From contig OX597815.1 in the NCBI GenBank assembly GCA_951406725.2, positions 214,210,001 to 214,274,000 of the forward strand: a stretch of 64,000 nt of DNA. Direction: 5' to 3'. The notes beneath the pieces were generated by a model. The model searched no databases. It saw only the letters and a program-made list of their open reading frames with translations, and had not been told where the DNA came from. This document shows positions 37,099-49,050 of this stretch, piece by piece. This DNA comes from Octopus vulgaris. Taxonomy: Eukaryota. The translations under genes were made by a program, and so were the position numbers. Within the stretch, counting starts at the first letter, position 1. Each line of letters begins with the position of its first letter.

Positions 37099-39154
37099 TA
37101 ACAAAAGCACTCAGAGAGCGCAAACCTCCGCCAAGGTAACACCATTTCCTAATTTTTAATTATTCACCAGGGGACAATACGTAACATGTGGGGACACACA
37201 ACAAGAAAAAAATAGGACAAACGTGTAAAAAAAAATGAATGAAAAAGTGAAAACAGGAAAAAAATGGAACTAAACTACTCGGCCCCATCTCTGTGTAGCC
37301 TCATTTATATCTATTCTCTTTTAAATCCAGTTCCTTTAAGAATGTCTGTTTTATATTTTTATCAAAATATCCGTGCAATCTATAATTATTGGCATCTCAT
37401 CTCTGTCCAAGTTTACTTCCCAATACTCATACCCATAATCAAGTCTTTCTAATATTTCTGTTCATTCTTTGGTTAATATCACACAACTGTGCCACTGCTT
37501 CACATACTCCTCAGTCTTCACGCTTTTTACGTCTTTCCATGAAGCTATGTCCTGGTTTTGTTCTTAATTCATATCATAAATTATACCAATAAAGCTTTTG
37601 TTTTCCCTTTAACTGGAGGAGGGGAAGTTTGGAGATCCTTGTGATCGTGTGTCTTTTTCCTTTGTTTTTGTGTCGGAAGGAAATGGATAGACTTGGTGTC
37701 TGTGGGGGAGGGGAGCTGAGAGGGTGTGGGTTGGGGTTTTATGACCGTATAATTTGCCTTTTTACTTTTTCTTCTGTTTACTCCACTCACCGTTTTCCAC
37801 GTTTCCTCCCTTTACTTCACTGCTGGCGGCAAAGTTTCTTCCTTTTTTCCTGTTTCCTCCACCGGTTCTTACATTTCCTTCTCTTGTTCTTCCGTTGTCT
37901 TTTTGGCCGGTGAAGGGCAATCCACCCTAATGTGGCTGTTTAGACCACATTTGTAATATCGAAGGATTCTGCCTTTACCCTCATTACCACCTCGTCCATC
38001 GTTATGGTTTCCGTCATCATTTCCAACGTTTCCACCGACCCTTGAATGGTCATTTCCAGTGCTTGCCCCTTCCTCATTTCGCATTGTGTTCTAGTGGCCT
38101 GGAGCACCGTTATATCATCCTCATTTTCTATGAGGATCGCGGCTGCTATCCAGGCAACGTCTAACTCCGGCGGTATTCCTTCTACTCTTACCCTGGTTGC
38201 ACGTCGTCCAAGGTGCGTGGGAAGAAGGACTATTTCTTCTCTTTTGATGGTTTCTGCTGCATGCCTTTTTGTTGTTGCCGTACCAAATTTTTTTCCTCTT
38301 GCCAGGGTATGTAATTTTATGCCAAATTGGCCTAAGCCTTTCTCTATTTGGCTTGCAGTCATAATGTCTATTTTTCCTACTTTAACCGAATAAGTCTTGA
38401 ACGTAATGGTTCTTTCCCTTATGTCACTCAGTGTTTCCCGCTGGAGGGACAAGTCCACATTATACCCGTCCCTACTTAGAAATTCTTTAAAACTTTCAAT
38501 TTCCTTCATATCAATTTCATTTTCTTGACGTTTTGCCACATCCGCAAATTTTCTTTCCTTTTCAATTTTGTTGTCTCTCTTCCCATCAATTCATCTTCAG
38601 AAGACGACACTTCAGAAGACGACAGCTTCAGAAGCTGACATCCGAATAGAACATCTTCTTCTCCATTAGGTTAATTCTCCTCATGTGAGGAGGGAAAGGA
38701 CAAACACACTGCCACGATGCAGCAAAGAACAATTAACAAAAGTGTTCAAAAATCACTGACACAAAAAATTAAACGTCCGAACACGATGAAAATACTGGCA
38801 AAATAATGTACTTGCAACTTAGTACAACCTGAGGTGACACCAACGACCTCTCAACGATTAGCCAGAGATACCTTTTAAAATGAGAATATCCGAAATAAAC
38901 TCGACTGCTCTCACAAATGAGAATACAAAAATGAACCTGACCTCTCTCAAAAATTAAGTAAAAAAGCCAGAAAAATAATCCAGAATCCTCGTCCGGCACT
39001 AGATCAATCCCAAAATCTAATCAGTTCGTGCCAGTCACGAGGCTAAACACCCCTGAAAGTTTCATCCGAAGCCACCCAGTGGTTCTTGAGATATCTTGTC
39101 CACGAGCAAACAAACAAACAAACAATACCTCGGCCTTAACGAAAGCGGAGGTAA
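37099..39154 (-). mobile_element. Helentron-associated (DINE-1/HINE-like) element split by a retroposon
   Basis: subTIRs ACCTCCGC/GCGGAGGT, 5' hairpin 39126-39153, (TTTG)n, 3' hairpin GCGCTCTCTGAGTGC; pieces 37099-37144 and 38832-39154. Confidence 0.75.
37145..38831 (-). mobile_element. ORF1-only non-LTR retroposon (HAL1-like), copy 1
   Basis: 11 bp TSD AGGT(A/G)ACACCA (37134-37144, 38832-38842); decayed ORF1 (ORFs 37940..38539, 37869..38084) with (C>Y)YKCGLNSHIRVDC knuckle; no EN/RT. Confidence 0.85.
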
Positions 39155-39159
39155 TAATG

Positions 39160-39585
39160 GCTCTTGATATAGGCACGAGGACAGCAACTTAAAGAGGAGA
39201 GGTTAGTCGGTACCATCGAAATCCAGTACTTCAATGGTACCTTTATTTATCGATCTCCGAAGAATAAAATACAGAATTGACCTTGACAGGAATTGAACTT
39301 ACAAGATAAGGAGCCGAAACAAATACTGTAAGGTATTTCGATCGACGCACTTACATTTCTGCTAATCCATTGCCTTTTAATAATTCTTACTAATTCTTAA
39401 CACAGTTTTTGAAGGAAGAGGAAAGTCGATTACTCCTGTACTCACCTTGTACTTTATTCATTGAACCCAAAAGGATGAAGTGCAAAGTTGATCGCGGTGG
39501 TACCTGAATGCAGAAAGCAAAGTCGATGAGCATTTTTGTCTGCGGTGTGTTAACGATTCTTCCAGGTCACCGCCTTCCACCGCTT
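39160..39585 (-). mobile_element. Two degenerate old-tail SINE-A copies
   Basis: GGCACGAGGACAGCAA, GAATTGAACT, AAAGGATGAAGTGCAAAGTTGA, TAACGATTCTTCCAG. Confidence 0.6.
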
Positions 39586-39984
39586 TAAACAGTAAATACA
39601 ATAATAAGAAAAAGAATGAATAAGAGATGAAAAAAACTCAGTATTACATGTTTTGCTGTATTTTATTATTATTGAGTATCTTATCTTGCTACGTCTACCA
39701 GAGTTAAACTGTACTGGATATTTATAGCTGTATGGACGAAACATTTTGAGAAACATATCTTCTGGGCTGCGAACATAAGGCGGAGCTAGTGACAGAAAAC
39801 AAATCAGTAACATTTAAACCCATTGTTCTGCATCACAAGATTAATTCTACGCTTTTACATCTCTGATACTCGCATACCATTTTGTGTACGCTTGCATAGA
39901 GATACTGTAGGATACCTTTCACTTTGATATGAAAGATTCTTGTTAGTGTATCTACAACAAATTTATCAGGAACCAAATGCAAAT

Positions 39985-41381
39985 AATTAGAAAATGGAGA
40001 AAACCACAGATTAACAAACACATCGATTGGACCACATTTATAGTTAAGTTTTTAATACAAAGTATGACATAACAAAATAGGTGACGCAACATGTCTTACG
40101 GCCGTTACCGATCGGTTTCCAAAATGTAATCTATAAATAAATGCAAGAATAAAGTTCTTCATCTTCATAGGGTATTCGAATAAAGCCAACGGATCTTCAT
40201 AAGAGTAAAAAACAATATAAACAAAGGGAAGAAAGAAAGGAAAGAAAACATGGCTTAGAAGTCCAATATGTTAAGAGCAAATAATTTATCATCAGGGGTC
40301 ACAGGGTCCATATGTAAAAAAGTGAGTTAGTAATGGTCTAGGGAATACTACAATTTATTAACGGATAGGTGCAATTTGAAGGTGGGAGTCAGGATGTTTA
40401 AAAATGAAGTTATCAAGAAATTATATATAAGGAAAATACTAACATGGATTGTCAAAGGGCAGTGGCTATGCTAACGGAGTAAATTAAAGTAAAAGTAAAT
40501 AATTATCGTTGGGTGCTTAAGAAAAATTTACAGAAATTAATACCGAGAGTCCGACCCATGGTCCACAATTGGGCAAGCCTAAGTCCAGCAGTCTGTACAA
40601 TTGGTCAGTTACAATTTGAATCGAGGGCACTAGTTAAAACCGTTACAAAGGATTTGTTTATGAAAAAAAAAACAAGAAAAGAAAAAGGGAAAAAAGATAC
40701 GGAGGAGAAGTCAATGAATAGATAGCGTGAGCTGTTTATGTCCGTCAGCATTTTAACGTTATAACATGCATGAGTGAAGAGATGGGGAATCTACGAGATG
40801 GTAGTTAAGGGAAGGTAATTCAGCGGTTCAATTAGAGAATGAAATTGGGCTGAACCTCGTATATAGCGAATTGTGGTAATAATTAGATATATACAGGTAC
40901 GCAAGAACAATCCATCTCATATGTGATCTACAATGCACAAATAAAAAGGCACTTGCAATTAGGCGGATAATATTTAATGCCAAGTCACATGATGAAATAA
41001 TATCAAATAATGAAACTACCTCAACAGTGTCCTAAATATGCTTCATAAATATTACATAGTCACTAAAGTAATATTGTTCCTATTATTATAAACCAATTAA
41101 AAGGAATATAATGGCACTATACCGGTACAATTAATGCCGGGTCCACAGGCAGATTGTTAATAGAAGAAAAGTTACCTTAAATCAAAATGAAGATCCTTTG
41201 CCTATGAAGATGAAGGAATTTATTCTTGCATTTATTTAAAGACTGCATTTTGGCAATCCGATCAGTAATGGCCGTAAGATATGTTACGTCACCTATTTTG
41301 TTATGTCATGCTTTGTATTACAAAATAAGCTATAAATGTGGTCCAATCGATGTCTGCTAATCTGTGGTTTTCTCCATTTTC

Positions 41382-41387
<6 letters not shown>
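39985..41387. mobile_element. 1.4 kb element bounded by ~200 bp inverted repeats (Penelope inverted pLTR-like)
   Basis: 39985-40200 is the reverse complement of 41187-41387; abuts (TA)n. Confidence 0.75.
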
Positions 41388-41412
<25 letters not shown>

Positions 41413-41433
41413 GTGTATATCATACATACATAC

Positions 41434-41529
<96 letters not shown>

Positions 41530-41831
41530 AGACTAGCCTCCTAAAGTGTAGACACGAATCTGTAGGTACGAGTACGTATGTGTATATACGTGAACGTATG
41601 TAGATGTTTGTATGTATGAATATAACGCGTGCGTACGTGTATGTGTATGAGTGTACGAATGGGTGAATGTACGTGCTAATGAGTGTGCGTGCGGGAATGA
41701 GTACTTGCCTTCTAGTAGACAGACAAATGGACATGCTGCCATAGCCAGGATCCTTAGCTCTAGCGATCAAAGATAACAAAAGTAATAAATGAAGATAATA
41801 AAATTAAAATTAGGGAATGGGCCTGTATTGG

Positions 41832-41873
<42 letters not shown>

Positions 41874-41981
41874 TGTATGTGTGTATGTGTAGGTATGTAT
41901 AGGTACACATGTGTATGTGTATGGGTATGTATGTGTGTATATGTATGTATGTGCACACATGTGTATATATATGTATGCGTG

Positions 41982-42014
<33 letters not shown>

Positions 42015-42410
42015 GTGCATATGTGTATGTGGGTGTATGTATATATAGGTGTAAATATGTGTATATAGGGAACTAGGTGTGTTGTGTGTGCATGAGTGTA
42101 TGTGCGTATGAATATATATTTTTCTGTGTATATATGTATGTGTGGTCGTGGGTATATATATACATGTGCGTATGCGTGCATGCATGGGAGTGAGTGTATG
42201 CATATATACGTGTGTGTATGTGTAGACAGGTATTTGCATGTGCATGTGTATAAATTTGTATATGTGGGCGGGTGTATGTATGTGTGTATGTAGATATGTA
42301 TGTATATGCGTGTGTATGTATATGTGCATATATATATATGTGTATATATATATATATATATATGTGTGTATGTATATGTGTGTAGATACGTATACATATG
42401 TGTATAGGTA
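41388..42410. repeat. (TA)n/(TG)n compound low-complexity region
   Basis: Directly visible. Confidence 0.93.
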
Positions 42411-42785
42411 TAAGTGAGAATCTCCTTATTTACCTATAACTCTATCCCCCCTTTTTTTATATATATATATTTTTTTTATATATATATATTTTTTATATAT
42501 ATTTTTTATTTTTTTATTTTTTTATTTTTTTATTTTTTTATTTTTTTATTTTTTTATTTTATTTTTTTATTTATATATTTTTTTTTATATATTTTTTTTT
42601 TTATTTTTTTTTTTTTTTTTATTTATTTTTTTATTTATCTATTCTTTCATCTAACTTACCACTGACTCCTTGACCACTCCTCCAAGTATGATATTTTGCG
42701 CTATGCCTACCCCCAAAAATGTCCCCCACCACCACTCCTTTAAACCTGCCTAAATGTATAAATGCTAATACAATTCTTGTTAAAT

Positions 42786-42836
42786 AGCTTCCTGAAGATT
42801 TCTCTTGAATGAAACAGTACTAGTCCTGTAGAAGCT
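42786..42836 (+). ncRNA. Type I hammerhead ribozyme motif in probable Penelope pLTR (42414-42920)
   Basis: Stem I AGCTTC/GAAGCT, CTGAAGA 42792-42798, stem II TTC/GAA, GAAA 42811-42814, stem III ACAG/CTGT with 8 nt loop, GUA site 42828-42830. Confidence 0.8.
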
Positions 42837-42917
42837 CCTTCTATATAATAAATTAATTTTACTCTGCTATGTATTGAGTACCTTACTTACTGTGGTTAAC
42901 CCCGAATCAACCCGGGA

Positions 42918-42956
<39 letters not shown>

Positions 42957-43241
42957 CATACATACATACACACACACACACATATATATATATATTGAAG
43001 AAATGAAATTTCACACAAGAACATCTATTTTAGAAACAAAGGGCTAAACGGGACGAAATATTTAAATCTTTTCAAAACTTGCTACAGGTTTCAAATGTTA
43101 AAATATATATAGTCATGCAAAAAAGAAAATAGGAGATGTAGGAGATTAATTAAATTAATTGTTCACTATAGCATTGGTTTGTATTGTTAGGAAAAGCCGT
43201 ACGGTGGTGGTGCCGGTAGTAGTAGTAGTAGTAGTAGTAGT

Positions 43242-43591
43242 CAGTTAAAGTTGAGACAGTGTCACGTGACGACTTGCTGGGGCTGCCTTCTGGAGCCTTG
43301 CAGCAGGTATTTAAAGGGGAAAATTTGACAAAACAGTCGCCCGCTGACACTCGTTGACGCTACATCGAAGAGGCCAGGGAACAGAAGAAAGAAGGAGAAA
43401 GAAGAAAGAAGACACGCACCCAACACCAGAGCTGAAGACACCTCCGAAAGGGGGAGGGGGTGCCACTTCAAAACGGTAGAGGAGTAGGGGCCGAAACCGG
43501 ACGTGGTTCCTCCTGATGATGTCTTGAGTTAACTGGATTCTATAAAGGAACTGTTGTGGTAGCAGACCACGAAACACGGTTGAAATTCCTC
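43242..43591 (+). mobile_element. 350 bp GC-rich element in (GTA)n with two hammerhead-like cores
   Basis: (GTA)n both sides; CTGAAGA 43432 / GAAACC..GGTT 43493; CTGATGA 43513 / GAAACACGGTT 43571. Confidence 0.6.
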
Positions 43592-44583
43592 AGTAGTAGT
43601 AGTAGTGATAGTGGTGGTGGTGGTGGTGATGGTCGTTCTATCAAGCTAATTAGTAGAAGTATTAGTAGTAGACATTGCAGTATACAAGAGACTTCATTTT
43701 TAGTTAGAGTAATTGTGAAAATAGTGGAAGTCGTAGGTGTAAGAGGAGATTGCGCTTTTATTCAGCAGCAGGAGTGACAGCTGTGACCGTACCGGTAGTA
43801 GTAGTAGTAGTAGTAGTAGTGTTAGTAGTAGTAGTAGTAGTAGTAGTAGTAGCAGCAGCAGCAGTAGCAGCAAAAATAGCAGCAGTAGCAGCAAAAATAG
43901 CAGCAGTAGCTGTTGTGGTAGCAGAAGCATATATCCTTCGCAAGCCTTTATATGTGTTTAATTTTGCAGATAAGCCTCCAAGGATTTAACTCCGAGTTAA
44001 AAATCCCACGTGAGCAGCTGTAATTGATTGAACGTAAGCCGAATGCATATCCAAATCGTTATTCTCGAGTTACTGAGCATCAAATCTCTGTAACCCCACA
44101 AAAATCTTCATAGAAAGGTTAAGTATGTTTACATAAGCAACATGGATTATTAAATATGCTGTTTACTATATAAAAGGTATTCAATTGCCAAAATGTAGCA
44201 GCGTTCTTCATTTTTTTTACAGGATGCAAAGTCTCACTTTATATATCGGGATTTTCTTGTCATAATTCAATTAGTATAGCAATACGATTTTAGTTGCAAA
44301 ATAAAGAAACAAAATATATTTTTGTTTGTTTTTGTTGTTTTTCTTTTTATTTAGTTTAATACAATTTCTTAAATATTTATTTTTCTTCAATTTTTCTTTT
44401 TACGATCTAGTGAGTTATTAGATCACAGCAATCGAAAGAATACGATCTCGAATACAAGCAGAAGAAATGGGGTTTCTCTGAAGCAGGTTGCTTAGGTAAC
44501 ATTACTTGTAAACGTGCGTAACTTAGAGATCAGGGAATCGCTCTAGGTCAAGCCGTTACTTATCTGAATTTGTAGGTCACAGC

Positions 44584-44740
44584 CAGTGCCAAATTTACCA
44601 TTGTGCTAAGGTTTGCTAAAGTACAGGGCCCCGTTAACCAGGTACCCTGTAAGGGGCCCTTGGTCAACGGGGCCCGGTCTAAATAAGGGGCCTCATAACT
44701 TAACTTGCACAGGCCCTCATTTGTCCTAAATCCGGCATTG
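44584..44740. mobile_element. hAT-type MITE
   Basis: TIRs CAGTGCCAAATTTA / TAAATCCGGCATTG, TSD GTCACAGC/GTTACAGC, GGGCCC subterminal motifs. Confidence 0.8.
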
Positions 44741-44773
44741 GTTACAGCTCTGATACTTGAGAAATATCTATAA

Positions 44774-44824
<51 letters not shown>

Positions 44825-45264
44825 CGTGCGTACGTCTATTATACATCATAGCTGCCTAGGCATGAGGATCTGCTGACAGTTTTATGATTCCACTAGCACA
44901 CCATTTAGTAAACCATACCAGCATACGTATTCTCTGGTTAACTTCTGAATTTCTGCTAAATTAGCTTCTTATCTACTAAAGGGAATGTTTGACGAAAGAA
45001 TTGCAGGACAGAGAAGCCAACTTGTTGGGGTGTTCTAGGCTTGGCCGCGATCGAAACCATTGGATAATATCCATAGCTTCATTTGGTTCCACAGAGAGAA
45101 CCAGCCGGATCCTTTGCTGAGGATTTCTTCCGACGTATCCTCTGAAGAGGGTGTCTGAAGACTCTGACCTTTTGACCCTTTGAATCTAAGAAGAAGAGTA
45201 GGCTACGAAGGTGGAGAGATAAATGAATGGACTAATATTGTTTATTTCAATTTTTATTAAGAAT

Positions 45265-45475
45265 ATTGGTTTCAAATGTTGGCACATAAGGCCAGCAATT
45301 TCGAGATGGGTACTAAGTCGATGACACCGACCCTAGTACTCAACTGGTACTTATTTTATCAACCCTGAAAGGATGAAAGGCAAAGCTGACCCTGGTAGTA
45401 CTTGGAGCCAGAACGTAAAGACGGACGAAATGTCGCTAAACATTTTGCCCGGCGTGCTAACGATTCTGCCAGTGT
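45265..45475 (-). mobile_element. Old-tail SINE-A
   Basis: GAAAGGATGAAAGGCAAAG..CCCGGCGTGCTAACGATTCTGCCAG. Confidence 0.85.
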
Positions 45476-45513
45476 GCATTTTTTCGGATATATGAACGAA
45501 TGACTACACACAA

Positions 45514-45558
<45 letters not shown>

Positions 45559-45586
45559 TACATATATATATATATATATATATGTA

Positions 45587-45680
45587 CAGGGTGGGGGAAA
45601 AGTAAGTAGGCATTAAAAAGTGGTAATAAAATCCATATTCCCTTTATTCAAACAAATGTTTCTTATTACATGGGAAAATG
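45587..45680. mobile_element. Possible Tc1/mariner terminal fragment
   Basis: TA|CAGGGTGGGGGAAAAGTAAGT; no partner end found. Confidence 0.35.
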
Positions 45681-46883
45681 AAAGTAAATCTTTAAGGAAG
45701 GAGTGAGACACCAAATCTGACAAGTTTGAACATAAAACAGGTCGAATATTTGAATTAGATTTGGCCGGTTTAAATGCTAATGAGCTAATAAATAATATGA
45801 CAATGTGATAATTCATTCCAGAAGCACTGATGTTTAAATTAAAGTTGAGAATGTATTTTGTATGGGATCTATGTACGATAAATGGCTTAATAACAACTAA
45901 AATGAACATATTTTGAAAAAGTTCAGCAATGTGTTCATGTTATATTTTGTCATTTCATTTAATTTTTTTTTTTCGAATTTTCAAATTTACATCGACAATT
46001 TAATAATGTAATTTGATTAAATTTTTCGTTGTACTGTTTAAAATTAACAAATGCCGACTAAAATTTTCAGTTTTGCAATTAATAAACGACGAATGATAAT
46101 TAATGAATTATTTCTTTAGGCTATTCAAGCCAAGCCATTTTAGTGAAACTGGTTAGATGGAAACTATTGCTGTAATTCGAAGGTCCATCCTTGAAACGTA
46201 CTGTCTCGCTGTATCTACTTGAAAATTACGCTATGACTACGAGATTCTGTGGAATACTTCGTCACTTAAGCATTAAGCAAATGAGTAGGTAGTTGTATTG
46301 ATTGAATAACTGGCGTATTTATTCGTCGAAATCGATACTTGAGTCCATTCATACAAGATCAAATTTATTCGTGACGCAGGAAGAGACCACATCTACTTGA
46401 CTAAATTGCTGGTACTTATCTATTCTGCGAGGAATGCAAGGGTCAACTAACAGCACGAATTTAATCTCACAATAATGAGTTGATACGCAGAGGACAATTA
46501 CAATCAAGAGTCCAGTAATGGGTTCTCTAGTTTCGATATCTTCACGACTGTTAATTTAATTATCAATTATCCGTGTATTCCTTGAAATTTTCAATGTACA
46601 AGCTATTTCAGAGAGGTTTTATGAATACAACTTAATAACAAATTTTCGATTACTGCCGGATTTTCTCTGCACTTTCTATATCCAAGATGTCCGATACGAA
46701 TAAAAATATCAAATGCAATAATTTCTTATCTATTTATTTTATTGTACAGCGTTTTTAAAATTGCATTGTGTAGTGCTATTTTGTTTCTTGATGTATACAT
46801 ATATACATATGTGCGTGTGCGCGTGCGTGTGTGTGTAATATATACACATATATATTTATCTAATATATGCATATGTATATATA

Positions 46884-46934
<51 letters not shown>

Positions 46935-46940
<6 letters not shown>

Positions 46941-47240
46941 GTTAAAGAGGACAACAAGCATTAAGGCAAGGCAAACATCTAAAGTCGTATACAATATTAT
47001 TATTATTGGAAAATATTCGAAGTCTTACACCTGTTTCTGTAGACGACTTGAGATGTTTGTCTTGCCTTAATGTCTGTTGCCCTCTTTAACAATTATAAAT
47101 CCACTGCATCGGAAATCTTTAATGGCTCCATAGCTACCGTCTCGGCTGTAACCTTGGAGCCCTAGTAATCCGTTACAGCATTTACTTAGCGTGCCTAATA
47201 ATTTAGATCACTTGTGAACTAAACCCCCATACTCTGTGCG
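46935..47240. mobile_element. Fold-back fragment in (TA)n (Penelope pLTR-like)
   Basis: ~58 bp arms 46935-46993 and 47038-47096; minus-strand spacer begins GAAACAGGTGTAAGAC like a hammerhead 3' half. Confidence 0.7.
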
Positions 47241-47271
<31 letters not shown>

Positions 47272-47483
47272 CTTGCTGGTTTTTTTAACCCGAAAGAATT
47301 AATTATACTCAGAAACAAATAACAATATCGCTTTAACTGAAAATCAATTTTACCCATGAGCAAGAGACGAAACATGTCCACCAGTGCATTGTATCAAGGG
47401 TTTGAATGTATGTTCCTTCGAAGTATTACGTCTCTAATTTAGAGAAGATTACAAGAGAAAAATAGCATTGTTATTTTCCTCTA

Positions 47484-47554
<71 letters not shown>

Positions 47555-47559
47555 TAAGG

Positions 47560-48302
47560 GATTTTTAATTGCAGCACAAGACCAAAGCCTCCCCACCAGA
47601 AATTACCAAAACCATGTAATGAAAAGAAATATTACAAGTAACTGCAGAATATGTGGAGATGGACAAGAAACAATAAATCATATTATCTCTAGCTGCCAGT
47701 CCTGGCTAAGAAGGAATATATTCACAGACATGACAGAGTTGGAACCTACATACATTGGAAGCTATGCCAACATTATGGAATAACAACAGAAAAAAGATGG
47801 TATAGGCACACACCAGAAAAGGTCACAGAAAACGAGAAAGCAACCATACTTTGGGATATGCCGATACACACAGATAGAGAAATTAAGGCCAACAGACCAG
47901 ATATAGTTGTCAGAGATCATGAAGAAAAAAAATGCTTTCTAATTGATGTATCAATACCGGTAGATGACAACGTGTCTCTAAAAGAAATGGAGAAACTCTC
48001 AAAATACAAAGACCTGGAAATAGAGGTAACTAGAATGTGGAATCTGAAAACAGAAACAATTCCTATCATAGTAGGTGCATTAGGCATGATAAAAAATATT
48101 CAGACAAATACATAACAAAAACATCAGGACTTACAAACACATATAACACAGAAAATTGCACTACTAGTCACTGCACACATCCTACGCAGAACACTTTCCA
48201 TACAATAACCATCAGAGCATCACAACAAATCACAGCACATACCCAAGGCACACAGAGCTGCGCTCGGTAGTGAAGTGAAAGCACGCTATAAAAATAAAAC
48301 TA

Positions 48303-48306
<4 letters not shown>
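47560..48306 (+). mobile_element. R4/Dong-clade LINE 3' end in (TAA)n
   Basis: CRICGDGQETINHIISSC, HRHDRVG, TDREIKANRPDIVV..LIDVSIP..KLSKYKDL, IIVGALG; (TAA)n at 47485-47555 and 48306-48485. Confidence 0.92.
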
Positions 48307-48376
<70 letters not shown>

Positions 48377-48399
48377 TAATAATAATAATAATATTAATG

Positions 48400-48475
<76 letters not shown>

Positions 48476-48493
48476 TAAATAATAATAAAAAAT

Positions 48494-49050
48494 ACTGCCC
48501 TGATGCAGTACCTAGCAGTGGCTCTCATGGCTTCTCATCTTAACTGATTGGAAGTGTTATCATGTACATTGTTTTATCTTGGTATAAAAGATGGCTACAA
48601 CAAATATTCTGTCAGTATCACTGATTTGCTTGTCAGTTGTTTGATCTTAACCACTTGAGCATGTCCCTTAGTGATTCACAATATGTGCATCTCTGATCAC
48701 GAGCAGAAGTAGTGGGAGAGCGTCATAGCCATGTGTTGAGAGGAATTCTAGGGAGTTTTAATAATTCGCCTCTGGAAACATGAATGTTTCGTTCAACATC
48801 CTTAAACAATCCTTATTTAGGGACCTTTTGAGTAGGATGGGCTACTCAACCAGAAGAAAATTCTAACTGGGCCCCACCTGCAAGGTCATGTGCTATTTAT
48901 CTTGATATGAGATCACCATGTCACACACATATGGTTGTGATGCATGTGCCTGGTGTACCCTTATCAGACGGGTAGTCATGATGGGTATAGTGGGCTTCGT
49001 ATATTTTACCCCAGTGTCACTTTGATGGCATGCACTGCTCTCTCACTCAA
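48494..49050 (+). mobile_element. ~555 bp non-coding element in (TAA)n, second copy
   Basis: Reverse complement of 19176-19696; ends CTCTCACTCAA(TAA)n. Confidence 0.85.

Noticed and set aside
44486-44530. Hammerhead-like CTGAAGC...TAAACGTGCGTA
   Set aside because: Two core positions deviate and stem I is interrupted
48494-48560. CTGATGC at start of the TAA-associated element as hammerhead or HDV ribozyme
   Set aside because: No GAAA or stem III; could not build an HDV double pseudoknot by eye
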